Shown piece after piece: positions 62,556 to 64,000 of a DNA stretch of 64,000 bases. Below the pieces are notes generated by a model that saw nothing but the letters and a program-made list of their open reading frames with translations, was not told where the DNA came from and did no database searches. The position numbers and the translations under genes are program-made. The first letter of the stretch is position 1; each line of letters opens with the position of its first letter. Origin of the DNA: Fimbriimonadales bacterium (lineage in GTDB: Bacteria > Armatimonadota > Fimbriimonadia > Fimbriimonadales > ATM1); the NCBI GenBank assembly GCA_041744215.1, contig JBGTLG010000041.1:96001-160000 (forward strand). The letters run 5' to 3'.

Positions 62556-63473
62556 ATGCTAACGTTTGTTGCAATCTCCGCGCTCGCAATGGCGGGCGCC
62601 CAGGACTCGGTCAGCTTGTCTCTTTACGGCGGTCAGCCCGCAGATCAGGCCGGGATAAGCCTCTCGCCATGGGGCGGAGGCGGGATCGAGGAAAGCGGAT
62701 CCCAGTCCATCGCTGGGTCGCACTCGTTACTGGTTCGCACAGCCACGTTTTTCCAGGGCGGCACGGTTAAATTCGCCAGCCCAGTTCCCGTAGCCCAGTA
62801 CGCGAGCAATCCAGAGAATCTTCTTCTCGTTTCCGCGTTTGTTGTCGGCGGGTCCGGAGTGCCGGCCGCGGGCGGTGGCGGCGACAGAGCTGGCGGCGCG
62901 ATGGCCGGAGGTGGCGCCATGGGAGGGGGAGCAATGGGCGGAGCGACGCAACCCGCACCTCGAGCCAAAAGCATGGAGAATCTCCGCTTGATCATTCGAA
63001 CTTCCGACGGCAAGTCAGCCGAAGCGTACTACCCGCTTGCGACAGCGACCGGAGTAACGGATCGCTGGCGAAGGGTCGGCATCCCGCTGAGCAAGATCCA
63101 AGGCTTTGCGGGAACGAATAAAGAGATCACGTCGATTTCTGTCGCCGGAGACGCGCCAGCGGCGTTTTATCTGGGCGAAGTCCGTGTCGTGACGGACCAA
63201 ACCCCGATCCAAGCTGAGCTCTCGTCGCGGGAAATGAACCTGGGCCGCGGCCAAGAGGTGACGCTATGGGCGATTGCGCAAGCAGGGTTCACTGTCGTCG
63301 AGTACTCATGGGACTTCGATGCACGAGACGGGCTTCAGGACGAGAACACTTCGCAAGTGGTCATGCACCGATTCCGGGTGCCGGGCGAATACACCGTGAC
63401 TTGCACAGTCCGGGACAAGTTCGGCATCAAGCCGCCGTGGTCAGGCACCATCCAGGTGACGGTTAACCCGTAA
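62556..63473 (+). CDS. Exported protein with Gly/Ala/Met linker and C-terminal PKD domain
   Basis: Signal peptide after GGAGG; YSWDFD..DG, H.F..PG.YTVT.TV.D. Confidence 0.78.
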   Translation: MLTFVAISALAMAGAQDSVSLSLYGGQPADQAGISLSPWGGGGIEESGSQSIAGSHSLLVRTATFFQGGTVKFASPVPVAQYASNPENLLLVSAFVVGGSGVPAAGGGGDRAGGAMAGGGAMGGGAMGGATQPAPRAKSMENLRLIIRTSDGKSAEAYYPLATATGVTDRWRRVGIPLSKIQGFAGTNKEITSISVAGDAPAAFYLGEVRVVTDQTPIQAELSSREMNLGRGQEVTLWAIAQAGFTVVEYSWDFDARDGLQDENTSQVVMHRFRVPGEYTVTCTVRDKFGIKPPWSGTIQVTVNP

Positions 63474-63488
63474 CGCACAGCTCATTCG

Positions 63489-63521
63489 AAAAAAGCCTGG
63501 CCTTCAGCCAGGCTTTTTTTT
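63489..63521. terminator. Bidirectional intrinsic terminator
   Basis: AAAAAA-GCCTGGC-CTTCA-GCCAGGC-TTTTTTTT. Confidence 0.92.
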
Positions 63522-63540
63522 GCACGGTGAGAGTTTTTTT

Positions 63541-63580
63541 GCCCAAGTTATTGACAGGGTGGCCCAAGTTCCTCTATTCT
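63541..63580 (+). promoter_or_regulatory. sigma70-type promoter of sigH with direct repeats
   Basis: TTGACA (63551)-18 nt-TATTCT; GCCCAAGTT at 63541 and 63562. Confidence 0.6.
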
Positions 63581-63642
63581 GATTGAGGCTGTTGTGTGCT
63601 GGCAGGGCGCACGGCGGGGAATCCGCAAGAAAGGGAGTGGAC

Positions 63643-64000
63643 ATGGCAACATTTGGTTCTGACGAGCCCCCCTATCAGTGGCAGGGGCTATGCGATGAAG
63701 ACTTCGTCTCGAAGGCGAGGACGGGAGATGAGCGGGCGTGCGAGTGCCTGGTGGGGCGATACAGGTCGTTTGTGGAAACGAAGGCGCGCGCCTATTTTCT
63801 GGCGGGGGCGGATCACGATGATGTCGTTCAAGAGGGGATGATCGGGCTTTACAAGGCCATTCGGGATTTCAACTGTGATCGACGCTCGAAGTTTCGACCG
63901 TTCGCCGAACTCTGTGTAACTCGGCAGATCATCACGGCAGTGAAGACGGCGACTCGCCAGAAGCACACTCTCCTCAACGGCTACCTATCGATTAACGCAA
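63643..64000 (+). CDS. sigH: RNA polymerase sigma factor SigH family, 3'-truncated by window edge
   Basis: Translated by hand (absent from ORF track): KARAYFLAGADHDDVVQEGMIGLYKAIRDF..FAELCVTRQIITAVKTATRQKH..LN; AAGGGAG SD. Confidence 0.93.
   Translation, partial: MATFGSDEPPYQWQGLCDEDFVSKARTGDERACECLVGRYRSFVETKARAYFLAGADHDDVVQEGMIGLYKAIRDFNCDRRSKFRPFAELCVTRQIITAVKTATRQKHTLLNGYLSINA

Noticed and set aside
62870..62945. GGAM-type repeats
   Set aside because: Low-complexity protein linker, not a DNA repeat array or CRISPR

Overview
Bacterial chromosomal window, densely coding and mostly housekeeping. A PEP-CTERM protein together with a Firmicutes-like sigH and a recA-recX-ymdB order suggests an Armatimonadota/Fimbriimonadaceae-like organism; this is inference only. 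In order it contains: the end of a beta-oxidation gene plus etfBA; ftsB-pyk-eno with divergent tpiA; serS; a GAF-PAS kinase; queC-queE; an ~18 kb respiratory supercluster (alternative complex III actA-F/G, SCO, type A2 caa3 oxidase, a second CoxIII/SCO/DUF420, NDH-2, ctaA, ctaB) with a Rex-like operator; exported proteins; kynA-kynU; a coupled Asp-box beta-propeller plus MoaD/ThiS-like ubiquitin-fold pair; tRNA-Ala(GGC); a CHASE4 hybrid kinase; an RqlH-like RecQ-PRT helicase plus DprA-like gene, followed by a BshC-like orphan and dapF; a visibly GC-richer 55.4-58.7 kb block with structured intergenic DNA and a gene remnant; recA-recX-ymdB; and the start of sigH. The best candidates for undescribed biology are the propeller-Ubl pair, the helicase-PRT/DprA and BshC-like genes, and two putative structured RNAs (about 55.6 kb and 58.5 kb). 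I saw no CRISPR array, rRNA, integrase or transposase. All calls come from motif recognition by eye, with no database searches.
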